From Podarcis pityusensis (Eukaryota): a stretch of DNA of 64,000 nt. The notes below the pieces were generated by a model. It did not search any database. It was given only the letters and a program-made list of their open reading frames with translations, and was not told where the DNA came from. Positions 25,506-39,324 of this stretch are shown here, piece after piece. The position numbers and the translations under genes are program-made. The stretch lies in NCBI GenBank assembly GCA_964106645.2, contig OZ067038.1. One strand, 5' to 3'. The number at the start of each line of letters is the position of its first letter. Position 1 is the first letter of the stretch.

Positions 25506-26947
25506 GCACATCTTACGTTCCCTTTTAATACAGTATTTCCCCACTGTAGGATAAATTAATAACTAATGCTCCAAAGCTGTTGCCTTTGAGAGCCCGGGTG
25601 GTGTAGTGGTTAGACTGGAGAGGCCTGTGTTTATTCCCGACTCTGAAGTCCATTGGGTAATCTTGAGCTAATCACAAAGTTTCCAATTTTTTTAATAGGG
25701 AAAAAAAAATTCTGCTCTCCCACCAAGGAGCTTGTGGTTTTCTTATCTCAAATTTATGATAATAACATAACACTGCTCATTCATAAAAAGACATCTAATA
25801 AGTAATTGGGATCAGTAAATATTTTTACAATGGAAATCTGAACCATCACTGTTGGTGGTTTTTGGCTGTGGTTCTTATTAAACGTCCAGTTGACATGAAA
25901 AGGTTTTATGGATATGATGATTATGGATATGATGATTATGCAAAGCTCTCTTATGTCATCATAGAGACCAGAGGGAAGTGGCCATTCACAGATCTGAATG
26001 TATTCCCAAAAAAAGGATGTTGTCCAAAAAGGCAGAGGGTTATGCTTGTAACAAGAAATAGAATAGATGCTAGCAGGATGTGTTTCTGTGTTATAAATCT
26101 CACCCTGACATGTTGGCAGAATTCCTCATCTTCCCTTTAACATTGTCCCTCTGCAGATTTCTTAATTTTCTCTCTGTTTAAAATTTGTCTCTTTTTCTTG
26201 GAAGCCATGTGACTTTACATGACATGAAACAGCAGTGAGAAACTTCTTTGACTTCTCCTTTTGCCCACTTCACTGTGCTGTTGAGAGAAACTTCAGCCCA
26301 CTTCCTCCAGCTCTCTGATCTGTTAGAAATAGCTAGTGATGAGACCTCTAACCCAGAAGCTGATGGATGTGCCTTTTCTATTCCCCATTGGCTTCTACAA
26401 AAGTTGATCTCTAGATCCATTCTGCAAGAGGGGCATGCTTGTGTTCAGAATGGAAATGGCTTAAGGTTGCCTGCAGAAGATTTAGGGAGGAGTGTAGACC
26501 ATGGCCTGTAACTCATGTGCAAAGTACAGTGGCCAACTTAGGCACTGTCAGAGAAGAGGACAAAAGAAGACATAGATTTGCATAAAGTTAAAAATAATTA
26601 CTCTAATCTAAATAGAATTACAAAACAACCTAGCATAATGGGGAAGACTCTGGGTTTGTTTGTTTTCCAAGTACTAAAAGTTAAAGGGCAATTGTTCTTC
26701 CTTCTTATGGTTCTTTATCTTTAAACTGAACTTGGAGCAGACAAGACTTAAACTAGAGGATTCCTTCAAATAGAGTCACCCTGGCATTTGGCTGCAATAT
26801 TTTGAAGAGCAAAAAAGAGGACATATTTGCCAACTTCTACTTTTAACTATGGATCACTATGATGACTCTACCCGTGAAAAAGAGGACATGTCTTGGAAAA
26901 AGACGATATCAGCCTAAAGAGAGCAGTGCAGATTTTAACCACTAATA

Positions 26948-26948
<1 letters not shown>

Positions 26949-27017
<69 letters not shown>
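26949..27017. repeat. Compound (TG)n(AG)n microsatellite
   Basis: TG run followed directly by an AG run. Confidence 0.95.
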
Positions 27018-27019
<2 letters not shown>

Positions 27020-27444
27020 TATATATAAGGATCATCTGTATACCCTGATGCAAAATACCTTGGATTCCAGACTATAATCACCTCCTGTAGGATCCGCAGT
27101 AGCTGATGCAGAAAATGGATTTTCCTGCACAAGGAAAGAAGACCACACCCAACAATGAGGTAACTCATGGAATCTTCTGCTGTGCTCCCAGTTCACTAGA
27201 TTGGGGCATTTTATGTGAAATTATTCTATAAATTAAATCAATGGAATGCTGTATTTGGTGTTCAGCTGTTAGGGTGTTCAAATGTGCCAAAAATTGTCCC
27301 TTTGTAATAATGGCTGCTAAGGATTAGCTATTCATGCACTCCAAACTCCCTTTTCAGTATTACTCAAAGCTCCCTTTTCCATATATGTCTATCAGAGGTC
27401 AAACTCACTAGGATGAATGGGATTTGCTCTCTGGTAAGCATAGG

Positions 27445-27791
27445 TTGGTGCTGTGGGTTAAACCAAAGAGCCTAGAACTTGCTGATCAGAAGGTCGGTGG
27501 TTCGAATCCCCACAACAGGGTAAGCTCCCGTTGCTCGGTCCCAGCTTCTGCCAACGTAGCAGTTTGAAAGCACGTCAAAGTGCAAGTAGATAAATAGGTA
27601 CCACTCCGGCGGGAAGGTAAATGGCGTTTCCATGTACTGCTCTGGTTCGCCAGAAGCGGCTTAGTCATGCTGGCCACATGACCCAGAAGCTGTACGCCGG
27701 CTCCCTTGGCCAATAAAGAGAGATGAGCGCCGCAACCCCAGAGTTGGTCACGACTGGACCTAATGGTCAGGGGTCCCTTTACCTTTACCTT
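27445..27791 (+). mobile_element. Sauria SINE (Squam1)
   Basis: B box GGTTCGAATCC, GCAAGTAGATAAATAGGTACC core, (ACCTTT)n tail; TSD TAAGCATAGG at 27435-44 and 27792-801. Confidence 0.95.
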
Positions 27792-28621
27792 TAAGCATAG
27801 GATAGAAGCCTTAGTTTTTATAACTTGACAGACTAAGCACTCAGGACAAAATAGTGCCTTGCGGGACCCATAACCATTGTGGGTCCGTGGAATAGTCTTC
27901 AAATGCTACTCTCTGGGAAAGCTACTGAGAAATTAGATAAGAGAAACAGGATCACACACCCCTCCCTGCTGTAAAGTTGTTTTGTTTGTCTATCACTATG
28001 AATGCATTTTTAAATAATTAGAGTTAGGCTGCAAGTGCAGCTTTTGTTTATATTGCTGTTGGACGGGGCAAGGCAGTTAGGCTGTATGCCTTCTAATTCT
28101 AGCGAGGATTTAATTGTTGAAGTATTCACTTCCAAAATGACAATTTTAATATAGCCAAATGGTCCTAAGCAACAGATTGAACGTTTTTGATGCTATTCAG
28201 AGATCTATGAGTCTCTTGCTGCTGCTCCATGGCATGGTTTTACTTTTTATAAACACCTTCACATAAAGTCCTCGGCCTCATTTTGCCCTCTCTTGCATTT
28301 AGCCAGATTGGCTGTGACTGGTTTTGAGCACCCATCATAGTATTACATCAGATGCTGCCGTGTGATGTCACTGGATGGGGTGGGGGAAGCACTAACCATG
28401 GCAGGGGAAAGAAAGAAAGAGGGAAGGGTGCTAAAATGAAAACATCAAAACAACAAAAAAGAATGCATTACCAACAACCAAAATTGCCAAGAATGAGAGG
28501 TGTTTTTTTCCTACACTCTCCAACAAATACAAAATCAAGTTAACTAGCTGTAGCTTAGCTCTTGCTTTAATGTATGCTAAAGAAGAAAAACCTATATGGC
28601 CGCTTTGTCCAGCCCAGTGCT

Positions 28622-28732
28622 TTCATCTGTTGTTGGACTCCAACTCCCATCAGCCCATGCCAGCATGGTGGATGGTGAAGGATGATGGGAGTTGTAGTCC
28701 AACAGCATCTGGAGGGCCCCAGGTTGGGGAAA
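28622..28732. mobile_element. Partial hAT-type MITE
   Basis: GGACTCCAACTCCCATCA...GATGATGGGAGTTGTAGTCCAACAGCATCTGGAGGGC is related to 1596-1731. Confidence 0.7.
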
Positions 28733-30619
28733 GCTCACGCGCCATCTCTCCCATTCATCTATTCAGTTTGCTGTGTCAGTTTATTGTAGCATGGTCTTAC
28801 ACCAATGGATTTGCTTGGTGGCTCTTAATATCATTTTGACCAAAATGCATTCCTGTCTCATTCAAAGGAATTGTACTTGTTCCTTTTTCCCTTCCCTTTT
28901 CAAAGAAAATAAATGTTTAGCTCACACTAATTCTTGGCATCAACACTTGCTTAATGATGTGTTAATTAATGAATAAGAATGAATGGTGTAATCATTTTTG
29001 GCACAGTATATTGAGGGGCTTTCTAGGAATGTTGTCTTGTGTGTGCCGGCAAATGTGTTGTTTTGCTTTTGATATCAGGAATGGCATGTTTTAAATTCCA
29101 ATTTTGAATTGGCGATTGCCGTTGGATAACCCCGCTGCAGGATGCAAAGTGCAAAGTTTTACATGTGCAGTATTTTGCTGTCCATATTTATATGATGAGA
29201 AAATTCACACAAGAGAAATCTGTGGAAGCTGGAAATTTGGTTGAGAAAATAATTGACCTAAAAGGATATGGGTGAACCCAGTTTTTAATGAAGTCAAACA
29301 TTAAGGCTGGCCAATACATTTTTTTTCCTTGAGTGAAGCAAAAGGTGGCACATTACCAGCACACACACACACCCTGTCTGACACAGAAAACTGAGCTGTG
29401 CTCCCTCAGGTAGTGTGCTGCCCTCAGGTAGTGTGTTCCATCACAAGTGTTGCCATTGTTCCCTGCCCCTCTGCCACAATAATCTCATGCCCCAAAGAAT
29501 TATGGGAACTGTAGTTTATTAAGTGGGATGAGAGTTGTCTATTTCCCTCCAAACTACAATCCTCAGAGTAATCTAACAGTCTATCCCAGGGAATTCTACT
29601 GCTTTATTAAAACCTTTGATCCCAATTATTTTTTCTTGACTTGGAGATTTATATATTCATGAGCCAGGATGGCTGGGTGATTATGTGGGATAATGAGAAG
29701 AAAGAGGGCTGAAGGACCTATCTGGTGTTTTCTTATTTGTATTATGTCATCATAAACTCATTTTTAAAAAAATACCAAAATCTACAGTTAAACCAAAAAA
29801 AATTGTCCACTTTAAGCTTTGTCACCAGTCCAATTCTTCTTTTCCTCTTTAGAGAAAACGTCAGAATTTCTGACTGAATAATTTAAATATTGAAAAGGCC
29901 TGGTTAAATAACACTTTACATTTGTTAGAGTATCACATGTAAGTTACTTTTAGATGGAATAATAGAGTGAGCCAAAATGGATCACCACTCAGCCCTGGAT
30001 GTGATTAAATAAACAGGAAAGATTCTATCCCACCCATGCCTTGGGTATAAAATTCCTACCAAGACCAGCCTACAGTAGAGGAATATAAGGCTGCCTGCCA
30101 AATCAACATAGACAAATGTTGGGTGGTCCCATTTTACACATGATTTAGTCAGTGTTTTCATTGCATGAGTTTAGCTCTCTTTCAGAGAAAATCCTGAAAA
30201 CAATACGATCCATTTACATACTCTCAAGGTGCTTTGTTTTGTTAGGGTATGCAATTCAGCCTCAAAATCTGCAATCCAGCAATGAAAACATTTGATTCAG
30301 ATTAAAATATGTGGCCTAAAACACTACAGATCTTTCAATGAAAGGCTCTTAACACGTCTTCTGTGATGCGGCAGAAGTTACATCACCACTGCAGATGTAG
30401 TAGCTATTGCTGCCAGGTTTCTGTAAGATGTTGGCTCTACGAATGGAATAGATCTCCTGAAAGATGGAATGTAAACCTTGGCAGTTGTCTCATAAAACCA
30501 GATGAGAACTTGTTGACACTCGTGTTATCAGGTACAGCAGATTTCAAGAGAAACCATGCTTCTAGTCTGCTTTGGGTGGCAAGGGGTAGGCCAGATAGAA
30601 AGATAAGTTTTGTTGTCAA

Positions 30620-30735
30620 TCCTTTTCCTAATGTTCCCAAACATGGAATTTGCCTTGTTCACAGCTGTCTCACATGGGGTCAACATCTTCATTGAGCTAT
30701 CCACCGTGACCCCCAAATCTTCCCTGGCCTTCACC
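30620..30735 (-). mobile_element. Short CR1 ORF2 fragment
   Basis: REDLGVTVDSSMKMLTPCETAVNKANSMFGNIRK. Confidence 0.7.
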
Positions 30736-32561
30736 CGCCTACCAAGTATGCAGTGTAGGTTTCATTGATTGCTGGTTTCCATTGCTCTGCTGGAATCTTG
30801 TAACCTACTGACCCAGGTGGGCTGAGTGTCTAGTGGGTGGCTTTTGGTTTTAATAAATTCTGTTGCAAATCAGAAGTATTGCCATCAATGCTGTCAAATG
30901 CTAACTGCTGCCCTATGCCAACGATCTAATACTGCAAAATACCAGCTGTCATATATCAAACATTTAGATCGACATTTTCCATTAGTTCTAACATTTTCAT
31001 TTAGTTATCATATCAAGGATTTGAGAGAGAATGGACACAACTGTAAAGCTACCCAGAAGGATTCAAACAGCACTACCTACCTGCTAGTCTGGGTGGGCTG
31101 AATTGAAAAGGCATCTTTCCTTTGTAAACTGAACATGTGGGATTACATACATCCCCAGTCCAACACCTCTGTGGACTCTGCCACTCACACTGATCCAGCG
31201 GTTCCCTTCGTTTCAGAAGCGCCAAGCTGCTCCCAAGATTGAGGGGGTCCGACGCATGATGTGTACATGGAGTCACAGTGTCTGGAGGAGGCCAGGTGCT
31301 CTAGAGGAGCCAGCCAGTGAATCTGTGTCACATTCGGCTCCGCACTCAACCTCCTCTGCTCCCTCAACATCGAGACGGCCCAGCACCCTTCCAACAAATA
31401 TTGAGAGGGGCAAAGACACCTTTCCCTCCTAAAGTTGGTGTGCCTGCTTGGTTTCCTCTCTGGACTAGAACAGTTATCATATCATTTGACTAACATTTAA
31501 GAGACAGAGTCATGATTAACATTGGCTATGTCCTTGAATTTTCAATTGCTTCAGAATATAGCATTGCATCATAGCAGGGAGATGGTTAGGGTGCGGCTGA
31601 AGAAGTCCCTTTCCCCCCTTTAGTTTGATTATGGGGCAACTGGGCATGCTCCAAAGAACCCAACCAGGCACCATCTTCTTTTGCAGACAGCCCAATCCAC
31701 ATTACAGTCTACTGGGCCCAGCAGAACCTATTGGCCCTCCATAATTCAGAGTTAAGCCTTGGCAGCAACAGCCAGAGCTTGTTTTCCCTTCTCTCTGAAA
31801 TTTGGCCTAAGTGTGTATTTATATAAATCAGTATATGCTGTTGCACATTCATCCCGTGAGCCCAAGTCTTTAAGTATCAGCCCAGCACCTAAGACTGCAA
31901 CCGTTTAGAGTAAGCCCCCTTTAAATCAGAACCAAGGACTTATTTCTGAGTAGACATATAAGAGTTTCAAGAGTCCTTGGTTTGGAACCATCATGTTACA
32001 GACTGTTTACCTATGAAATGGGTACTTTTAAATAGTTAGAACACTCCAAACATTTAACCACCATGTTCTGAGTGATAATAAATCATTCTATCCCACGCTT
32101 TTGGCACACCATTCATTTCAGGCAGTCCTTTGAAAAGCAGTGGAGTGTTTCCTATACATTCTGCTGCCTAGACTGCTTAGAGAGGCATTGTATATTTGTC
32201 AACAGCACTCTGTGCTGAATTTCTTCCATGAGCAGAAAATTAGCAGGATATTCTAAGGAAGCCTCTCATGATGGGCTTCGTCTTAATTAACTGAATGTCC
32301 AAGGCAAGAAATGGGAATAGAAATAAAAAAAGACCGTCTGTGGAGATCTTCTTTCACCCCACCTCCTGCCCCAGTCACCATCTGCAGCAGGGCTGTGGGT
32401 GGAACAGTGGCCTTGCCACTCCCTACAGCTCTACCAGTCATTGGGATTTGAACTGTACTCTTACAGTTATTTGAGGAAGAAAGTAAATATTCTGTGAGGT
32501 GAAAAGGTATGGGTATGATGAGTCCCAAGGCTTGGAAAGAGAGAGAGAGAGTTAGGTATAG

Positions 32562-32897
32562 CATACCCTCCAACATTTCTCCAATGAAACTAGGGATGTC
32601 CCATTCCATAATGGTACTTTTACTATTTATACCCTAGACATCTTACTAGGTTGCCCTAGCCACTCTGGGTGGCTTCCAACATATATAAAAACATAATAAA
32701 ACATTTAAGAAACTTCCCTATACAGGATTGCCTTCAGACAGCTCGGGGGTCGGCTAATTCCATACCTTCCATCATTTCTCCAATGAAAATAGGGATGTCC
32801 TAAGGAAAAGTGGGACATTCTGGGATCAAATCAGAAACTGGGATGGCTTCTCTAAATCAGAAATGCCCCTGGAAAATAGGGACACTTCAAGGGTCTG
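32562..32897. mobile_element. Composite hAT-like non-autonomous element containing an L2 3' tail
   Basis: Ends CATACCCTCCAA...AAGGGTCTG. The left terminus is repeated internally at 32761, with L2 tail sequence between the two termini. Confidence 0.7.
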
Positions 32898-32982
32898 ATA
32901 TAGCCCTTGGGCCTGTGGTTCCCCACCCCTGTCCTAGTCTCATAAAAAGAAATTACAAAATTGGCTAGACCAGCTCAAGCAT

Positions 32983-33507
32983 GTTTTTTAAATGATATTT
33001 ATTAAAGTTTCAAAGAATACAAAAACAAAAGATAAAAATACAAGACAATACAAAATACAGAAAAAAGAATAAAGTTTTTAAGATATAACAAAAAAAATGA
33101 AGAATAAAAAGAAACATACAAAATAAAAACAGTTAAAAACACGTTAATTTTCCATAACATATCTTCCTTACACTTATTTCCCTGGACCTCCTCGTACCTC
33201 CCTTTTTTGTATTCCAGTTCAGTTTGTTAGTTCAGCAAATCCTTACCATTAAACTTTTACCCATTTATAAACCTTTTTTCGTATCTCTTAAAGCATTACA
33301 GCTGGAAAGCACTTAGTTTCTATCCAACATCCTTCTAAAATTCCTTAATTTTACAATAGTTCTGTAAATAGTCTTTAAATTTCTTCCAGTCTTCTTTCAC
33401 CGACTCTTCTCCCTGGTCTCAGATTCTGCAAGTCATTTCTGCCAGTTCCATATAGTCCATCAGCTTCATCTGCCATTCTTCCAGAGTGGGTAGATCTTGT
33501 GTCTTCC
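32983..33507 (-). mobile_element. L1-clade LINE 3' fragment with 15-bp TSD
   Basis: TSD GACCAGCTCAAGCAT at 32968-82 and 33508-22; ORF2 C-terminus and 3' UTR match 48798-49303. Confidence 0.9.
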
Positions 33508-33911
33508 GACCAGCTCAAGCATTCTATAGTTGGGTCAGTTTCATGCTTGAATAGTGGGATACTGCTGAGAGCGAGAGAAAGACTGGTCTTGCACTTTTTT
33601 TTTAAGGGTGCACCTAGATATGAAAACAAGCTCCCATTGTTTCACATAGTTAAAAAAAAAAAGCGAGCAAGTGGTGCTGTGGGGGGGGGGGGATTCACAC
33701 ATCTAGCATCAATACTGGTCTCACCTCAGGGAGTTTGGTTAGGTTTTTCTAAAATGCAGCTCAGAGTACAACGAAAGCTTTTTCAGCAAATTTAGAAGAC
33801 CACTCTGGATCATTTCAGAACAGCTAATACCCATAGGCTTGGTAGGTGTTGGCACTGTGGGATGCATATGGCTGTCCTGCATACAAATCTAGCTTTGTGG
33901 GGAAGTAAGCT

Positions 33912-34268
33912 GGGATGTGGGTGATGCTGTGGGTTAAACCACAGAGCCTAGGACTTGCCAATCAGAAGGTCGGTGGTTCGAATCCCTGCGACGGGGTGAG
34001 CTCCCGTTGCTCGGTCCCAGCTCCTGCCCACCTAGCAGTTCGAAAGCACGTCAAAGTGCAAGTAGATAAATAGGTACCGCTCCGGCGGGAAGGTAAACAG
34101 CGTTTCCGTGCGCTGCTCTGGTTCACCAGAAGCAGCTTAGTCATGCTGGCCACATGACCCGGAAGCTGTAGGCCGGCTCCCTTGGCCAATAAAGCAAGAT
34201 GAGCGCCGCAACCCCAGAGTCAGCCACTACTGGACCTAATGGTCAGGGGTCCCTTTACCTTTACCTTT
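33912..34268 (+). mobile_element. Sauria SINE (Squam1)
   Basis: Full-length match to the other copies; (ACCTTT)n tail; short TAAGC flanking duplication. Confidence 0.95.
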
Positions 34269-37200
34269 TAAGCATCCTGTAATGGTTGCAGAAGATTTAC
34301 TCAAAGCATAATCAGCTTTGGTAAATTTACACACACAAATATAATTCTAGATTTCCAGCATGAAAATATTACATGCCTAAACCAGAGTGAGCAGTTCAAC
34401 TTTTATTTAATATTTTATACATGCATGTTCATGAAAGCTCTGTGCGTGTGTGCTGCATTGGAAAGTGGCAAATGCTTTTTGGAGCAAGTTGAACATACAC
34501 AAACCTGCATATGCACAGACTTGCGTTTTTATGTCAAACTGGTATATATCTGGTATATGCCAGACCAGTGAGGAACCATTAGTTATCGCTAAACCTCTGT
34601 TGAGCGATCTTCTTATCTTCCAAGTATCTTATTTTTGCTTAAAGGTTCAAACTTGGAGGATCAAAGTTAACATCAATTCACTTTACTGCTCTCCCCTTCC
34701 ATAATGATGGGGTCTGGAGAATAACACAACACTACCATGTATGCCTAAACTGAATAAGGGTGAATAAACAAAGAAAAGGATGAAGGGCAAAACTTCAAAA
34801 AAAGGCAATGATTAAATGGCTTTGTTTTTGTGCAGCAAGAAACCAACAAGTGTGAGAGAGAGTGAAAGAGAGAGGGACCTTATACGGCCATTTATTAATG
34901 CACTGCTCTGGTTTTTATTAACATCAAATGCTGTACATATTTACTGCCAATTATTTAATAGAACTAAATGTTAAAATCCCCCAAAATAAATATATTGGGT
35001 GTGGAGTAAAGTCATTGAAGCCTACACAGCGTAGTTTAGACAGATGACTCAGTTATACACTGGCCGTAATTGTGCAGTGTTATGGATTCTCTTTCTTACT
35101 TGACTCAGTTGCACTGAAACTCAGCTAAAACTCTGAACTGTTTCAAATATCACATCCGAGAGTCCCGGCTTTATCCCAGGTAGTGTTCAGATGAAACGAT
35201 AATTCTTGAAAATCAATTAACTAAAGTGTCTTCTGGAGATAATCCCTGCAATGCTGGTATACATTTCTGAAGGCAAAAATTCTTTTCCTTGTTGCACTAT
35301 AAATTATGAAATGGCTTTAAAAGTCTGAATATAAGTGGAGCTTTCTAACTAACTGTCAGTGATGTCATGGCCATGTCAATAACGCCCTGTAAGTGCAGGG
35401 GGTTGACTTCCTTTCCCCCCTATATTTTGATTTATAAATTCCATTTCATAATAGCAAAAAAAGACACTTAAAGGAAAGCCTTCAGCTTCTTGCCTTAGAA
35501 CACCACCCAAGGCATACAATAATCATCCAGAAATGTGCAGCCTGTCATGTCTTATTGCTTAAATATAGGCCTGAAAAAAACTGCCCTATGAGACAGGATG
35601 AAATAAGTGTGACATAGGAGAGAGTGGTGAAGGCAGAGCAAAATAACTGGATCATCTGCTCCCATAACAGCAGAATCCAGGCAGAGGTCCAGTGGAAGCA
35701 TAAAAACAGAAGACTAAAAACCCGAAAAACTAGACCCACCTTATGGAGAGTCTAGGACCCTCAGTAATCAGCAATGTGATTGTCATTATATCTTTGCTAT
35801 TTTGAATAGACGGTTAGTTCCTTCTCTCTCTTGTTCAGCGTATTACAGCTGATGTTTTTCTTTTTCATGGCTATTGTTATTTTGTGTGGATTCCGAAAAA
35901 TGACAAGCAAGGTAATTCAGATAGAGAACAGCCACAGAGAACAGAGTTTCATAGAAGGCCAAAAGGCTGGGAAATGTGGTTGAAATTGTTTGCTGTGATT
36001 TTAGTCCTTTGCCTACATCTCCTACACTTTACCACCTTCCAGCATGTTGTGCCTTCAGATATATTCAGTTTTGTTCCAGGTGGGTGTCTGGAAGGAAGCT
36101 CAGCTACCAGGGGCTGAATATGGTTCTCCAGGGCTCTCTATCTGGTCCTCAGGACCTTTTCCAGGCCACATCTCCTCCAGAGCCACTTCATACTTTCAGT
36201 GTTTTTCCCTGTCTGGGATGTATCCTTGGACTCTGTTAATGCCTCTTGCTTGCTTGCCTGCATGGGCGGAATATAGAGGGCTATGCGAATGTCTGTAGAA
36301 ACAAGCCTAATGTACAAAGGTAAAATTTGCACTCATTATTTCCCTTCACCCTTCCCACAACTGACATCTGGCTGCTGGAAGGGAATATGACGCTCAGGTT
36401 GAAAAATGTTCCCCACTGCTTCCTCTTTGTCTCTCTCCTCCTACATATGAGAGAGTTTTTAAATTTCAAAAATAATAACAAACGAAGGGTGTGATTATTG
36501 AGTGTAAACACATATAGAGGCTTTTCGTTAGGTTTTGTATAATTTAGTACGAAAGACCAAGCTATTTTGAGTGCATTCTTTACAACCCCCCAAATGTAGC
36601 AGAAGACTGTCTTCATGAGCTGCACAATCATCTTGGGAAGGTCATTAATCCATTTGTACATTTGCCAACAATATTTTTAGCAAGCCGGTAATTAGGCCTA
36701 AGTACCAGTTTCAAACAATAAAGGAAGAGTAAAACAGCCATGTCTGACTTCTTCTAAGAATATGATATTACTTCTTTCCAGCAAAGCTGGTGACATTCCA
36801 ACATTATTTTGATAAGGCTGTTAACCAAGACCAAAGACCATGGGAACAAAAAAGAAAATGGCAGTGTGAATCAAGGATTTTGTTTTCATTCCCGTTTTAA
36901 GATGAGCTGCATTGCAGAATGATATAGACCAGAACTCATTGTTAATGCATTCTCAGAATAAAAAGGGTTTCTGGAAATTTAGTTTGTAGACAAGGTCAAA
37001 GGCAACGGAGTGCTTTTGCCTAGCAAACTAACCCATATTATTTTTTTCTCATACACTGGCTGGAATGTTGAGGGAAATGACTGAGCATCAGCATCTATGT
37101 TCATTTTCAGTCTGAGGAAATGGATTCTTTCAAGACTATCTGGTGTTGAATCTTCAGCTTGAAACCTTGTTCAATTAAGGATATAAGCAAAATGCAATCT

Positions 37201-39324
37201 CAAAGTAAAACAGAAAAAGTGCCCCCTAAAAGACTATTTACCTTTGATGGTTTGTCAGGTTCTTGACTGAAATTGTTCTTAACTCCCTGTTTTACAAATG
37301 TCCAGATCCAAGTAGCTTCATTAATCTTCACAAGCAGTGGTTGTGTACAATACTTTTCAGGAGGTGAGAGTGGTGCATCAGGGTTCTCACAAAGTGCCTC
37401 AATGCAAGCACATGCCACAACTCAATAAACATTCACCAAACCACAGCAAAACCTTGTCTGGCCACTTTTATTCTGGTTTGTACTGGACTTTTGTACAATG
37501 TTGTATTCTGCTTATGGTGGTGGTAATCATAAGACCATCATGCTATGAGAACCCAAATGACCTCCTCACTCTTTCACAATGATTCTATAAAACAACCTCA
37601 GGTGAAATCCATTGACATAATTAGCTGGGTGGGTTCGACCCTTTCCAAAGTGCTGGTGCTCATCTTTAAAGCCTGGATACTTGGGAAGAATATATCCCCA
37701 TCTACTTCCCCATATGCTAAGCTCTTCCTCACAGTCCTTTCTCTGGGTGCCCTTGTAATCTGAAACAAAAAAGGTGGCTACAGGAAAGAAGCTCTTTGCT
37801 TGTGAAACTCTCTCACTTGTTTATAATTTTAATGTTTTCTATTGTATTTACAGATTTTTAAATATTAAGCACTTTAGATATGCTTTTGAATAACTGAATA
37901 ATTTAGACTTTGAAATTGTTCTTCTGAATCTGTGCCGGAAAATGGTTGTACATTTTATGGAAATAAGAACTGATATGAATATTTACAAACATTCAGGGTT
38001 TGTCAACATTTTCATTTACATCATTCAAATTTTAAGTGTGATATATCAACTTCAACATGTCCATTCAAATGTCACTCTTGACGGTTAGTTTGTCAGATTT
38101 CAACAATGAAATTTCATATGCAGTTGATGGCTACGTATCAATTCTTGGTGTCTATCCATGCTGTCAGATGAAATATGTCTGTGCGATGCACTGCCATGGG
38201 ATGTGCATACTGGATGTGCTTCAGAGCAATCTCTCAATTCACAATAGGTGATGGAGTCCCAGCAATGTCGCCATATGCACCATAAAACAGCAGAATCCTC
38301 AGCGATGCATGGGGGATATGGAAATTATTCGCTGAAAGTTAGCTTGAAACTAGAGTGGTATGCCACTGAGTATATTGGGGGGAAATATTGTGCATCATTT
38401 CCTGAAAACTATTAAATACTGATAAATATCAACAATCAAATAGCAATACTGAAATAAAATATCCTTGGGTTTCAGATGCATTTATTCATAGGCCATTAGC
38501 ATTTGCATTGTTCGAGAATATTCCGTAGATAATTTTTTTGCAAGGGGAAATTTTGAGAAGAATTTTTGGAACCAACTTGTTTTCCTGTAATGGAAATACA
38601 AAACCCAAAAAGGAATGTATCCAAATAGAAAATAACTGCTCTTCCTAGTGTTCTGGCTGAACCAGGGGGCACAGCTATTGTTGTTGTTGTTATTAGGTTT
38701 GAAGTCCTTGTGATTTCTTTTTGTGCGTGCAACATGCTTTACATTCCCCATCTTTGCTGTACTTTCAACAGCATGTGCTGGTATAAATTAGCTCCTCAGT
38801 TCCACCCCTGAGGTGACAGCACTTGGGAGATTGTCAAGTGCTTCTGGCATGCCGCTCTCGCAAGGCTACATGATCCTGTGTGGTTGAAAGGTGCCACATA
38901 ATTGTAAAATTTCATTTCCTTTCAATTAGTAGCTGATTACATTTGATGAGCTGCAACATTGTTTCCTCCATGCAGATTACGAGTCAGCACAGTCAATGAG
39001 CTGTGAAATCCTCTCACATGTTGAAACAATAGACAATGATTAAAGAACAGCTAATCTGATCATTATAAACAAACCCTGTTGATCATTAGAAACCAACAGA
39101 ATCTAACAGATTGGAAGTGCTTATTGGTAAGCTGAAGGCAATTGATGAGTACAGGTAAACAGTAGAAACTGGCAGTGGTCATTAGTCTGAACTGGAATGC
39201 AAAAACTGTCCAAAATACCAATGGAGGAATGGAAGGGTGCACTGTATGGTTCAGGTGACCATAGCAGTTCATCTTTGGTTTATTTTTACTAGGTCACAAC
39301 CATCATTTGCGTGTTCAGACCCAG

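Noticed and set aside
27486-27902. Recurrent ORFs ending ...GFEPPTF (also 33962-34189 and 50543-50866)
   Set aside because: Antisense translations of Sauria SINE copies, not a gene family.
38818-38842. Hairpin AGCACTTG/CAAGTGCT carrying an AAGTGCT (miR-302/430-like) seed
   Set aside because: The stem is only 8 bp and does not extend into a pre-miRNA-length hairpin.
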